Source: Planctomycetota bacterium
GTDB lineage: Bacteria; Planctomycetota; B15-G4
DNA length: 64,000 nucleotides
Assembly: GCA_965248575.1 (NCBI GenBank)
Contig: CBDFJQ010000002.1
Span: forward strand, 544,001 to 608,000
Direction of reading: 5' to 3'
How positions within the stretch are numbered: position 1 is the stretch's first letter; each line of letters starts with the position of its first letter. The notes under the pieces are model-generated. The model saw only the letters and a program-made list of their open reading frames with translations. It had not been told where the DNA came from and searched no databases. Positions 39,110 to 49,061 of the stretch are shown here, piece after piece. The position numbers were made by a program, and so were the translations under genes.

Positions 39110-41380
39110 TCAGATGGCTCGGAGATGGTTGAGGGCGGAGCCGGCCCGGAACCAGCGGGCCTGGAGTTCGCTCATGCTGTGACTGGCGCTGAACTGGTCG
39201 GTGCTGCCGTCGCTGTGGGCGATGGAGACCAGCAGCTTGCTGCCGGGGCCCAGCTCGCCAATCCCCGTACCCGCGAAGCTGAGGCGGTCGTCTTCCTGGA
39301 TCAGATCCCATGCTGCGGGATCGTCGAAGACCAGTGGCAGCACGCCCTGCTTCTTCAGGTTCGTCTCGGCGATGCGCGCGAAGCTGCGTGCGATGACCGC
39401 CTTGCAGCCCAGGAAGCGCGGCGACATGGCCGCGTGCTCACGGCTGCTGCCTTCGCCGTAGTTCACGTCGCCGATGGCGACCCAGCCCAGGCCCTGGGTC
39501 TTGTAGGCGCGGGCCACGGCGGGGTAGGCCACGCCGGTCTCACCGCTCAGCACGTTCTTTCCCTGGCCGATCTCGCCGGTGAAGGCGTTGGTGGCGCCGA
39601 CGTACATGTTGTCGGAGATGTTGTCGAGGTGTCCGCGGTACTTCAGCCAGGGGCCAGCTGCAGAGATGTGGTCCGTGGTGCACTTGCCGGAGACCTTCAA
39701 CAAGACGGGCAGGTCCAGGAACTGTTCCGGTTGCGGTGCCTCGAAGGGGATGAGCAACTGCAGTCGCTTGCTGTCGTCTGCAACATCGAGCTTCACGGAG
39801 CTGCCGTTGGCGGGAGGCGCGATGAACCCCGTTCCACTTGGTGCGAAGCCAGCGCTGGGCAGTTGGTCGCCTGTGGGCGGCGCGAGGCTCACGACGCTGC
39901 CGTCCTCCGCCGTCAAGGTGTCCCGACGCGGGTCGAAGTCCAGGCGCCCGGCCAGCGCCATGGCCACGACCACCTCGGGGCTCGAGATGAAGGCCAAGGT
40001 GTCGTGGTTGGCATCGTTGCGGCCGCTGAAGTTCCGATTGAAGGACGTGATAATGGAGTTCACATCACCCTTCTCGATGTCGTCCCGCTGCCATTGGCCG
40101 ATGCATGGGCCGCAGGCGTTGGCCAGCACCGTGGCGCCGATGGCCTGCAGCGCTTCCATCTGCCCGTCGCGGCGGATGGTCTCGTCGACGGTGTTGCTGC
40201 CGGGGGTCACCATCAGCGGTGACTTGGTCTTGAGCCCAGCCGCCGACGCCTGGCGCGCCAGGGAGGCGGCGCGCTCCATGTCCTCGTAGGAGGAGTTGGT
40301 GCAGCTGCCGATGAGGGCCGCCTTCAGCTCGGCCGGCCAACCCTCGGCTTCAATCTCTGCCTGCAGGGCATCAAGGGTCCGGGCGCGGTCGGGCGTGTGC
40401 GGGCCCACCACCATGGGGGGCAAGCTCGACAGGTCGATCTCGATGATCTGATCGAAGAACTTGCCGGGCTCGGCCAACACTTCGGGGTCTGCCACGAGTT
40501 CCGCTGCGTGGGCGCGCGCCTGGGCGGCCACGTCTGCACGCTGGGTGGACTCAAGGTAGCGGGCCATGTGCTCATCGAATGGGAAGATCGAGGTGGTGGC
40601 ACCCAGCTCGGCACCCATGTTGCAGATGGTGCCCTTGCCGGTCGCGGAGATGCTCTCGGTACCCGGGCCAAAGTACTCGACGATGGCGCCGGTACCGCCC
40701 TTCACCGTCAAGAGCTCGCACACTTTCAGGATGACGTCCTTGGAAGAACTCCAACCGTCGAGCTCACCCGTGAGGTGCACGCCGATCAGCTTGGGCCAAC
40801 GCACGCCGAAGGGCAGGCCCGCCATGACTTCCATGGCGTCCGCGCCGCCGACACCCACGGCGATCATGCCGAGGCCACCTGCGTTGGGCGTGTGGCTGTC
40901 GGTGCCGATCATCATGCCGCCGGGGAACGCGTAGTTCTCGAGCACGACCTGATGGATGATGCCGGCGCCGGGTTCCCAGAAGCCCAGGCCGTACTTGGCG
41001 CTGGCTGACTTCAGGAACGAATAGACCTCGGCGTTCTCCTCGTTGGCCACTTCGAGGTCCTGCTGCTTGCCGAAGCGCGCCCGGATCAGGTGGTCGCAGT
41101 GCACCGAGGAGGGGACAGCGGTCGTCGTCTTGCCGGTCATCGCGAACTGCAAGAGAGCCATCTGTGCCGTGGCATCCTGCATGGCCACCCGGTCGGGCTT
41201 GAGCTCGACGTAGGTCTTGCCGCGCTCGGGCAAGGTCCCGCCGTCGTCCTCCAGGTGGCTGTAGAGCACCTTCTCAGCCAGGGTCAGGGGGCGGCCGAGA
41301 CGCTGACGGATGTCGGCGTGGCGCGCGGCGAGGGTTCCGTACAGGCGGGCGACGTCGGGCTGAGACGGGTTCTGGGTCAT
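39110..41380 (-). CDS. Aconitate hydratase (mitochondrial-like type)
   Basis: DRVAMQDATAQMA, HCDHLI, GTDSHT, IGSCTNSSY, ANACGPCIGQW, TTDHIS, GEGSSREHA. Confidence 0.96.
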   Translation of the reverse strand: MTQNPSQPDVARLYGTLAARHADIRQRLGRPLTLAEKVLYSHLEDDGGTLPERGKTYVELKPDRVAMQDATAQMALLQFAMTGKTTTAVPSSVHCDHLIRARFGKQQDLEVANEENAEVYSFLKSASAKYGLGFWEPGAGIIHQVVLENYAFPGGMMIGTDSHTPNAGGLGMIAVGVGGADAMEVMAGLPFGVRWPKLIGVHLTGELDGWSSSKDVILKVCELLTVKGGTGAIVEYFGPGTESISATGKGTICNMGAELGATTSIFPFDEHMARYLESTQRADVAAQARAHAAELVADPEVLAEPGKFFDQIIEIDLSSLPPMVVGPHTPDRARTLDALQAEIEAEGWPAELKAALIGSCTNSSYEDMERAASLARQASAAGLKTKSPLMVTPGSNTVDETIRRDGQMEALQAIGATVLANACGPCIGQWQRDDIEKGDVNSIITSFNRNFSGRNDANHDTLAFISSPEVVVAMALAGRLDFDPRRDTLTAEDGSVVSLAPPTGDQLPSAGFAPSGTGFIAPPANGSSVKLDVADDSKRLQLLIPFEAPQPEQFLDLPVLLKVSGKCTTDHISAAGPWLKYRGHLDNISDNMYVGATNAFTGEIGQGKNVLSGETGVAYPAVARAYKTQGLGWVAIGDVNYGEGSSREHAAMSPRFLGCKAVIARSFARIAETNLKKQGVLPLVFDDPAAWDLIQEDDRLSFAGTGIGELGPGSKLLVSIAHSDGSTDQFSASHSMSELQARWFRAGSALNHLRAI

Positions 41381-41517
41381 GGCAGGCGCTCGTTGGCGGC
41401 GCCGGCAGGGCCGGCGCTGGGCGGTCGGAGCCCGGGAAGTTCCGGGCTGGGGCAGAAGGATCCCCAGCCTACGGCAGCCCTCGCAACCTGTTCAACTCCG
41501 GCGGCCTTCCGGGAGCC

Positions 41518-44454
41518 TTATCCGCCGCTCTTGATCAGCTCCACCTCGGCGATCTCCTCCAGCTCCTCCTGGATCCGCTGGGCGTCACCCACCACGACGA
41601 TCAGCAGCCGGTCGGGGTCGAGCAACTGTTTCGCCGCTGCCACGACGGCTTCGGAGGTGGTGCTGGAAATGCGCTCCAGGTACGTGCTCCAGTAGTCATC
41701 CGGGAGCTCATCCAGTTCCAGCGACCAGAGCCTCCCGGCCACGGACTGGGGCGTTTCGAGGGAGCCTGCGAAGGAGCCGGCCAGGTACTTGACGGCGCTT
41801 TCCAACTCTTCAGCGGTGGGGGCCTCGTCCCGCATGCGCTTCACCTCGCCGACGAGGGCTCGCACGGTCTCGGCCGTCTTCGGCGTCTTGGTGAAGGTGC
41901 TGATCTGGAACTGCCCACCGAAGCGCCGGCTACGAAGCCCGCCGCTCGCGCCGTAGGTCAGCCCCTTCTCCACGCGCAGCACGTCGTTCAGCCGGCTGGT
42001 GAAGGCGCCCCCGAAGATCTGGGTCAGCACCACGCCCGTCGCGTGCATGGGGTGGCGCCTGGTGACGCCTTCATGCCCGGCCCGGATCTGGCTTTGGACG
42101 GCGCCGGGTTTGTCCACGAGGGTGATGCGGGTCTGCTTGGGTCGCGTCCACTTGGGCAGCGGGCGCTGCAGGCTTTCACCCTCGCCCTCCCAGTCCGCGA
42201 AGTAGCGCTCTGCCAAGGCGGCCGCTCGCTCCTGGGTGACGTCGCCGGCGATGTACAGCGTGGCGGTCTCGGGGCGCACGAAGGTGCTCCACCATTGCGC
42301 GAGGCGCTCCACATCCAACTTGGAGAGATCGTCCGCGGTGCCCTCGGCGGGGCGGCCGTAGGGGTGATCGCCCCAGAGCGCGGCGGCATAGGCTCGTTCC
42401 GCTTGCACCTCAGGTGTCTTCTCCGCCACCGCCATGCCCGTGGCGGTCTGGCTGCGAAGGGTATTGAACTCCTTCTCCCGGAAGCCGGGCACCTGGATCA
42501 CTTCGGCGAAGAGGCGCGCTGCGCGGTCCAGTTGGCCGGTGACTGCGGAGGCCGTGATGCTCGCACTGTCGTGGTCGGCCCCCGCGCCCAGGGAGATGGC
42601 GTAGCGTTCGAGCTCGGCAGCCAGGGCTTCGGCATCCCGGGCGAGGGTGCCGCGGGTGACCATCGATGTGGCCATGCTCGCAGTGCCTGGGAAATCCGGG
42701 TCATCGCTGTAGGCACCAGCCTTGAGGCGCAGGCTCAAACTGACGTAGGGCACCTCGTGGTTCTCCACCACCACCAGCCCGAGGCCGTTCTCCAAGACGC
42801 TGCGCTTGCTACGGATCGAGATGTCTGCGTCCAGGGGCGGGGCAACGGGCGGGGCCGTCGCATACCCAACAGGGCGTCTTGCCGAAGCCTTGGGTCCGCC
42901 GGGGGTGGCCCGCTGGCCGCCGTCCTCGCTGGGTTCGGCTTCCTCGCTTTCCGCTTCGTCTTCCATGTCCGACGTGTTGCCGGCCATGGAGAGCAGGGAG
43001 GTGAACATGCCCTTGATGGAGGGGCGCACCCGGATCTCGTTGGCGCGGGTCTCGACCAGGTAGATCCCTGCGACGCGCAGGACGTCGTCGGGAGTGACCG
43101 ATGCGATGCGTTCCAGGTAGGTGTTCGCCAGCTGCGTGTCGCCCTCGATGACCGCAGCCTGACCCAAGGCTCCAGCCTTGCTGGCCACCGTCAGGGACTC
43201 GGTCACGTTGTTGCGGTAGAGGGTGTTGCGCACCTTCTCGAGTTCCGACTCCGTGACGCCCTCTTCCTTGAGAAGCTGCACCTGCTCCCAGATACCGTTC
43301 ATGATGTCGTCGACGCTGCCGAAGGGCATCGCCACGCCGCCTGCGATGGCGAGCCCCGCTTGCTCAAAGGAGACGTAGGCCCCGAGAGCTGCGGCGGCCG
43401 CATCCTTGCGTCGCACGAGGTCCAGGTACAGCCGGCTGCTCTCGCCGTTGCCGAGGATCTGCATCAACATCTCGAGCGCCAGCGCGTCAGGATGCCCCTG
43501 CGGGACCGTGCGGAAAACGATACCGGCGATGGGCACGGGGCCGTTGTTCTCATCGATGTCGAGTCGGCGCAGCTTTGTTTGCTCGGGCTCCAGAGTGGTC
43601 ACGCGTGGCGGATCGGCGCAACGCGGGATCCAGCCGAAGTGCTTGCGCGAAAGGGCTCGCACCTCTTCGTGCGTGACGTCGCCCACCACCACCAGTGTGG
43701 CGTTGTTGGGGACGTAGTAGGTGTCCCAGAACTTCTGGATGTCATCCGGCGTGGAAGCTCGCAGGTGCTCGATCTGCCCGATGGGGGTCCAGCGGTAGGG
43801 GTGCTTGGTGAACAGGAAGTCGAGCACGGTTTCCGGCACCAGGCCGTACGGACGGTTCAGGCCCAGGCGCCGCTCTTCCTCCACGACCTTGCGTTCGGTG
43901 GCGAACCCTGCCTCGTCGATCTTGAGCGAGGCCATGCGCTCCGCTTCGAGCCAGAGCACCATGTCGAGCTGATTACTCGGCACCTCCTGCACGTACACGG
44001 TCTGGTCGAAGGCGGTGTAGGCGTTGCAGTCGCCGCCGGTCGTGCGCACGAATTGGAAGTGGTCCTTGGGGCCGAGTCGGTCGGTGCCGCGGAACATCAT
44101 GTGCTCGAACATGTGGGCGAAGCCCTGGCGGTCCACCTGCTCGTCCTTGCTGCCCACGTGGTACCAGAGTTGGACGGCAACCACCGGCGTGCTGTGATCT
44201 TCCAGCGAGATGACCCGCAGGCCGTTCTCGAGCACGGTCTCTTGGAAGGCGTAGCGGCCCTGGCCGTTGCGGATGTCGGCTTGCTTTGTTGCTTGCGCGT
44301 TCAAGCCTGGCGTGAGCATCCCAAGCAGCAGGGCGCAGGCCAGTGCTGGTACCAGTGCCGGTGCTGTTCCGCTCGCCGTGTGATGGGTCTTGCCAGCGGC
44401 CCTTTCTCGGGAAAGGGCGCGAGCATGGGTGGGGGTGATGCAGGCAGCTGGCAT
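41518..44454 (-). CDS. M16 family zinc peptidase (two fused M16 units), exported
   Basis: HMFEH zinc motif, ERKVVEEERR, YYVPNNA, RVEKGLTYG; hydrophobic signal segment; start uncertain. Confidence 0.92.
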   Translation of the reverse strand: MPAACITPTHARALSRERAAGKTHHTASGTAPALVPALACALLLGMLTPGLNAQATKQADIRNGQGRYAFQETVLENGLRVISLEDHSTPVVAVQLWYHVGSKDEQVDRQGFAHMFEHMMFRGTDRLGPKDHFQFVRTTGGDCNAYTAFDQTVYVQEVPSNQLDMVLWLEAERMASLKIDEAGFATERKVVEEERRLGLNRPYGLVPETVLDFLFTKHPYRWTPIGQIEHLRASTPDDIQKFWDTYYVPNNATLVVVGDVTHEEVRALSRKHFGWIPRCADPPRVTTLEPEQTKLRRLDIDENNGPVPIAGIVFRTVPQGHPDALALEMLMQILGNGESSRLYLDLVRRKDAAAAALGAYVSFEQAGLAIAGGVAMPFGSVDDIMNGIWEQVQLLKEEGVTESELEKVRNTLYRNNVTESLTVASKAGALGQAAVIEGDTQLANTYLERIASVTPDDVLRVAGIYLVETRANEIRVRPSIKGMFTSLLSMAGNTSDMEDEAESEEAEPSEDGGQRATPGGPKASARRPVGYATAPPVAPPLDADISIRSKRSVLENGLGLVVVENHEVPYVSLSLRLKAGAYSDDPDFPGTASMATSMVTRGTLARDAEALAAELERYAISLGAGADHDSASITASAVTGQLDRAARLFAEVIQVPGFREKEFNTLRSQTATGMAVAEKTPEVQAERAYAAALWGDHPYGRPAEGTADDLSKLDVERLAQWWSTFVRPETATLYIAGDVTQERAAALAERYFADWEGEGESLQRPLPKWTRPKQTRITLVDKPGAVQSQIRAGHEGVTRRHPMHATGVVLTQIFGGAFTSRLNDVLRVEKGLTYGASGGLRSRRFGGQFQISTFTKTPKTAETVRALVGEVKRMRDEAPTAEELESAVKYLAGSFAGSLETPQSVAGRLWSLELDELPDDYWSTYLERISSTTSEAVVAAAKQLLDPDRLLIVVVGDAQRIQEELEEIAEVELIKSGG

Positions 44455-44659
44455 GGCGACGTCCGTTGGTTGGAGAGTTGGGGATGTCTGGTAGCGCCTC
44501 TCGGCGGTTCCGATCCTAGCGGGTGGGGCCCGGTGTGGCGCGTGGCTGTCGGGTGGCAGCCCGTGTGGGTGATCTAGATTCCGCAACCATTGCTGGTCCA
44601 CTGTTCAGGGTGCCGATAAAGTGACGCCTCGCCAGTGTCAGCCCGTGGAGAATGTCAAC

Positions 44660-46168
44660 ATGTCCAGCCTTTCAGCTTGTCGGGGGCACTGCGCGCAGCG
44701 AGCTGTTGGGGTTCTGACGAGGGTCTTGCTGATTGGGAGCGTGCTGCTCTGTCTGATTGCCTGCGGGCCGGACGACGCACCCGGGACGGCGGGTGAGCCT
44801 GCTGCCCGACGGCAGCTCGGCGAGGCCGGCTCGATGCCGCGCAACGTGCTGATCATCACCTTGGACACCACGCGCTCGGACCACATCGGTGCCTACGGCT
44901 ATCCGCTGGACATCACGCCCAACATCGATGCCTTGGCTGAGCGAGGCGTGCTGTTCGAGAACAGCTACGCACCCATGCCACAGACCCTGCCCTCCCACAC
45001 GACGCTGATGACGGGCTTGGCGCCGCGTCAGCATGGTGCCCTGGCGAACACCTTCACTGTGGACGACCGGTTGGAGACCCTGGCAGACATGCTGGGCGGC
45101 AGGGGTTTCGAGACGGCAGCCTTCGTGAGCTCCCTTGCGTTGAGCCACGGCACAGGGATCCTGCAGGGATTCGAGAGCTACGATCAGCCACGCGCACGGT
45201 TCCATGTGGGCTTGCCCGCCGCTGCAGAGCGTGAAGCCACGGAAATGGCGGACATCGCCGTGGAGTGGGCCGAGAAGCGGTCTTCTGATCGCCCCTTTTT
45301 CGCTTGGGTGCACTTCTTCGATCCGCACTTCGACCACGTGGCTCCGCGTCGCTACATGCGCGAGGTGTACCCGCTCGAGGTACGTGACAAGGTCATCAAG
45401 CCGTTGATAGGCGATGCGCCCGTGGCCATGCCGCGCCTGATCAAGGACTGGCGTGGTTACGCCGCAGAACTGCGCTACACGGACGCCCAGGTGGGGCGCA
45501 TGCTCGCGGAGTTGGAGGAGGCGGGTGCGCTCGACAATACGGTGATCGTCCTGTCGGGCGACCATGGCGAGGGCCTTGCGGAGCACGGGATCGCCGCCCA
45601 CGGGATGGCGGTCTGGGAGGAGTTGCACAAGGTTCCGCTGCTGGTCGTGAGCCCTACGGGCGAGCATGCGGGGACACGGGTTTCGGAGCGAGTGGGTCTT
45701 GCCGACGTGTTGCCCACGATCCTGGGTATGGCTCTTGGGCAAGAGACGGACCCCAGCGCCGGCGGGAATGACGTGGAACGTGGCCTCGACCTATGGGGGC
45801 TCATGGAGTCCGGTCGTTCGGTGCCAGAGCGCCCGATGTTTCTGGAGCGCCCGCACTTCAGCGAGGACGGTTTCATGGAGCGCACCGGGGGCCGGGTGGG
45901 GCAGAACGGGATCATGGTGGCCGTGCTCATGGAGCAGTACAAACTCGTGCGCTGGCCCGACGGCGGTGAGGAGCTCTATGACTTGGAACGGGACCCCGAC
46001 GAGTCGATTGACATCGTCGACCAGCACCCTGATGTCCATCGCAAGCTGACGGCGATGCTGGATGGCTGGCTGGCCCGGAATCCCGCAGAACTGCTGGGCG
46101 AACAGGAAGAGCTGAGCCAGGAGCGCATCGACGCCTTGAGGGCGTTGGGCTATCTGGGCGACGGCTGA
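44660..46168 (+). CDS. Sulfatase-like lipoprotein with Thr at the nucleophile position
   Basis: Lipobox LIAC; ITLDTTRSDH, QTLPSH..LMTG, HFFDPH, GDHGE, ELYDLERDP, LRALGY. Confidence 0.88.
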   Translation: MSSLSACRGHCAQRAVGVLTRVLLIGSVLLCLIACGPDDAPGTAGEPAARRQLGEAGSMPRNVLIITLDTTRSDHIGAYGYPLDITPNIDALAERGVLFENSYAPMPQTLPSHTTLMTGLAPRQHGALANTFTVDDRLETLADMLGGRGFETAAFVSSLALSHGTGILQGFESYDQPRARFHVGLPAAAEREATEMADIAVEWAEKRSSDRPFFAWVHFFDPHFDHVAPRRYMREVYPLEVRDKVIKPLIGDAPVAMPRLIKDWRGYAAELRYTDAQVGRMLAELEEAGALDNTVIVLSGDHGEGLAEHGIAAHGMAVWEELHKVPLLVVSPTGEHAGTRVSERVGLADVLPTILGMALGQETDPSAGGNDVERGLDLWGLMESGRSVPERPMFLERPHFSEDGFMERTGGRVGQNGIMVAVLMEQYKLVRWPDGGEELYDLERDPDESIDIVDQHPDVHRKLTAMLDGWLARNPAELLGEQEELSQERIDALRALGYLGDG

Positions 46169-46294
46169 GGATCGAGGGCTCCCCGGTTCCGGCCCCGGCT
46201 CTGGGCTAGGGCTGGCCAGGGCTCCGGCCGTGGCTTCGCGCCCGTTGGCGGGGCGTCAGTCGGCTGGCGAAGCAGCCAGTCGGGTGCTTGAGCT

Positions 46295-46370
<76 letters not shown>

Positions 46371-46401
46371 ACTTGCAAAGCAGCCCCTATCCGTAACGCA
46401 A

Positions 46402-46689
46402 TCAGCGAGAGCGATCAAGGGCCGAGCTGCCCTCGGGTGCGTCTTTGCCGGGGGCGGCCAAGACGTGCTGCCGATTGTGCTCTTCCATCCAGCCCAGGCG
46501 GAGCTGTTGGGAGCCGTCGCTGACGACCGGTGTGGGTTCGCCCGGCACCCCTGCGAGGGCGAAGAACACCGTCAGGGCGAGCACCACCATGAGGAAGACC
46601 AGCTCGGCCGGCACAGGGGGCCGGTCAGGGCTGTCGGTCACCAACGCGGTGTCCCACGGGGTGTCGTTGGACGGTGGTGGGCTGGGCAT
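46402..46689 (-). CDS. Hypothetical small single-TM protein
   Basis: LVFLMVVLALTVFFALAG hydrophobic helix; fills the gap between tRNA-Lys and the divergent gene. Confidence 0.5.
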   Translation of the reverse strand: MPSPPPSNDTPWDTALVTDSPDRPPVPAELVFLMVVLALTVFFALAGVPGEPTPVVSDGSQQLRLGWMEEHNRQHVLAAPGKDAPEGSSALDRSR

Positions 46690-46895
46690 GTCGCACGGCT
46701 CTGTGGGCGGGCGGGTCTCAGGTCGATGTCGACCGACGGGACCTTCCGACTTGAACCCGCTGCCAGGGACCACTGCTGAGGCCTGCTCGGCCAGCTTGAG
46801 GCACTCCAGGGCAATGAACGGGCGTCCTTCGGCGGCGAGCACTCCGTGGCATGGGTCATTGCACCCTTTGGGCACGGCAGGCCATGGTGTGTTCA

Positions 46896-47579
46896 ATGAT
46901 CACACGCACATCAGCCACTTCGTCGGGTCCCGGTAGCGCCGCCGCCGGGTCCTCTCCGTCTCTGAGTCGAAGCGCGTCCGGCAGGCTGCGGTTCTGGGGG
47001 TGGATGTTGGTCCTCCCGCTGGGGGCCAGCCTGCTGGGGTCCTGTGAGTCCGGCGAGGCCGCAGCACCCGATGCTGCGGAGTCATCCCAACTCTCCGAGA
47101 CCGAGCAAGCGACCAAGGCTGGGGCGAAGACCGAACCGCTGCGGAGCGACGACGAGGCAAGTGTTCCGGACGCGGAGGTTTCCACGGACGTGCCGGACGA
47201 ACCAAACCTGAAGGACCTGAAGGGCTGGCATGTGGCAGATGGTCATCGCGGCCTGCATCGTCTGGCCTGGCGGATTCGCCCGGCCGAAGGCGAACTGGCT
47301 CCGTCGACTCCGTCGAAGCCCCCCAGGAACTCCGAGTTCGCCCTGGACGTCCTGCTTCTGCGTGATGAGCAGCTAGCGCCCGGTCTGCGAGTCGCTGTGA
47401 CCGGTTGGATGCCCGAGCACGAGCACGGCATGGTCCGCTTGCCGGTCGTTGAGGAGGTGGCTCCAGGTCGCCATTCCGTGACGGGCATGCTGCTGCACAT
47501 GCGCGGCACGTGGCAGTTGCGATTCCAGATCTTCGCCGAACGAGACAGCGAAACGGTGACCTTTGATGTCGACCTTTAG
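46896..47579 (+). CDS. YtkA/FixH-like Ig-fold lipoprotein
   Basis: Lipobox [33 protein letters not shown]. Confidence 0.75.
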   Translation: MITRTSATSSGPGSAAAGSSPSLSRSASGRLRFWGWMLVLPLGASLLGSCESGEAAAPDAAESSQLSETEQATKAGAKTEPLRSDDEASVPDAEVSTDVPDEPNLKDLKGWHVADGHRGLHRLAWRIRPAEGELAPSTPSKPPRNSEFALDVLLLRDEQLAPGLRVAVTGWMPEHEHGMVRLPVVEEVAPGRHSVTGMLLHMRGTWQLRFQIFAERDSETVTFDVDL

Positions 47580-48933
47580 AGCTTCCTCCGTTTGCGGCTC
47601 CAGACATGGCTGCAGCTTGATCAACAGGATGACCGGGCTTGTGGTGTTCGTGAGTGTCGTACTCGGCACGCTCAGCAGCGCAGTCTCCCAGACGCTTGGT
47701 CCGGCTGAGGGGCACGTCCTGAGTGTTGATGAAGCGGCCCTGGCGCTTGAGTACTCACCGCTTCCGCCCCTGCCCCCAAGCCCCACGAACGCCGTAGCCG
47801 ACGACCCATCGGCGGCGCTCCTGGGACAGGCCTTGTTTTTTGATCCGCGTCTGTCCGATCCGGGCACCGTCTCCTGCTCGAGCTGCCATCAGCCTGAGTT
47901 GTCCTGGACGGACGGCCTGCCTCTGGCGGAGGGCGTGTCGACCGCAGCCCGTCACGCCATGTCGCTCTGGAATGTCGCCTACAACCGGTGGTTCTTCTGG
48001 GATGGCAGGAAGGACAGCCTCTGGTCCCAGGCGCTCGCCCCTTTCGAGGATGCCCGGGAGCATGCCTCCAGCCGGTTGGGTGTGCTGCATGTGATCGGCG
48101 CAGATCCTGTGCTGCGGGAGGCCTACTCGGGAGTGTTCGGGGTGTTGCCAGCCTTGTCTGATGGCGCCCGCTTCCCCGCGCAGGCACGCCCCGTGCCCGG
48201 GCAGCCTGACCACCCGCACGCCCTGGCCTGGGACGGCATGTCGAAGGAGGACCGGGAGTCATCCAATGTCGCCTATGCCAATGTCGGCAAGTCCATCGCT
48301 GCCTTCGAGCGCCAGTTGCTGACCGGGCGCGCAGCCTTCGACATCTTCGTCGAGGGCCTGCGTGAAGGCGACGCCGAGAAGCTGGGCGTCTTGTCGGAGA
48401 GTGCCCAGCGGGGCTTTGGCCTCTTCGTCGGCAAGGGCCGCTGCTTCCTCTGCCACGACGGCCCGAATTTCACGGATCGGGAGTTCCACTCCAACCGCAT
48501 CCCCGTCACGAACCTCCAGGACGCAGGGCGGGCGCGCGGGATCCAGGACCTCTATCAAGACCCCTTCAATGGGGCTTCGGTCCACGCCGATGATGGGGGG
48601 CGCAGCGCCCGCACCAAGCTGTCCATCGCCCCGAAGAGCCTGCATTTTCCTGGCGAGTTCAAGACCCCCAGCCTTCGAAACGTGGCCCGCACGGCCCCAT
48701 ACATGCACGAGGGGCAGATGCAGACGCTGGAGGAGGTCCTGGAGTTCTACTCCACCATGGAGGACTCCTTGCCTCCCGACCCCACGGGCGAGCGCTTCCT
48801 CCAGCCGCGCGAATTCAGCGAGCAGGAGATCCGACAGCTCATCGCCTTCCTGGAGTCGCTCACCGACGAGAAGCTGCCAGAGCGCCTCTCGCGGGCCCCC
48901 ACGGCGGCCGAGTTGCAGGATTCGACGCGCTAG
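47566..48933 (+). CDS. Di-heme cytochrome c peroxidase/MauG superfamily protein
   Basis: [17 protein letters not shown] (47875), FFWDGR, CFLCH (48442), [19 protein letters not shown]. Start may be 47629. Confidence 0.92.
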   Translation: MSTFRASSVCGSRHGCSLINRMTGLVVFVSVVLGTLSSAVSQTLGPAEGHVLSVDEAALALEYSPLPPLPPSPTNAVADDPSAALLGQALFFDPRLSDPGTVSCSSCHQPELSWTDGLPLAEGVSTAARHAMSLWNVAYNRWFFWDGRKDSLWSQALAPFEDAREHASSRLGVLHVIGADPVLREAYSGVFGVLPALSDGARFPAQARPVPGQPDHPHALAWDGMSKEDRESSNVAYANVGKSIAAFERQLLTGRAAFDIFVEGLREGDAEKLGVLSESAQRGFGLFVGKGRCFLCHDGPNFTDREFHSNRIPVTNLQDAGRARGIQDLYQDPFNGASVHADDGGRSARTKLSIAPKSLHFPGEFKTPSLRNVARTAPYMHEGQMQTLEEVLEFYSTMEDSLPPDPTGERFLQPREFSEQEIRQLIAFLESLTDEKLPERLSRAPTAAELQDSTR

Positions 48934-49061
48934 AAGCGTCGGATTCCGGATCCTGCGAGCCGATTCCTCAAGATGGATCCTTGACGGAGGCCCTCCCCTG
49001 GCTTTGCATGGGGGGAATACCCCGAATCCCGGCACGCCGCTTCTCCCCTCCCGAGCTCGAC

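Noticed and set aside
42043..44577. Long antisense/overlapping ORFs (844 aa here; also 8590-9978, 27182-29143, 52069-53334, 57079-58815)
   Set aside because: Shadow ORFs of well-supported genes, typical of high-GC codon bias; no motifs.
46847..46863. Sigma54-like TGGCAT...TTGCA upstream of the YtkA-like gene
   Set aside because: GG-to-GC spacing is 11 nt rather than the strictly required 10.
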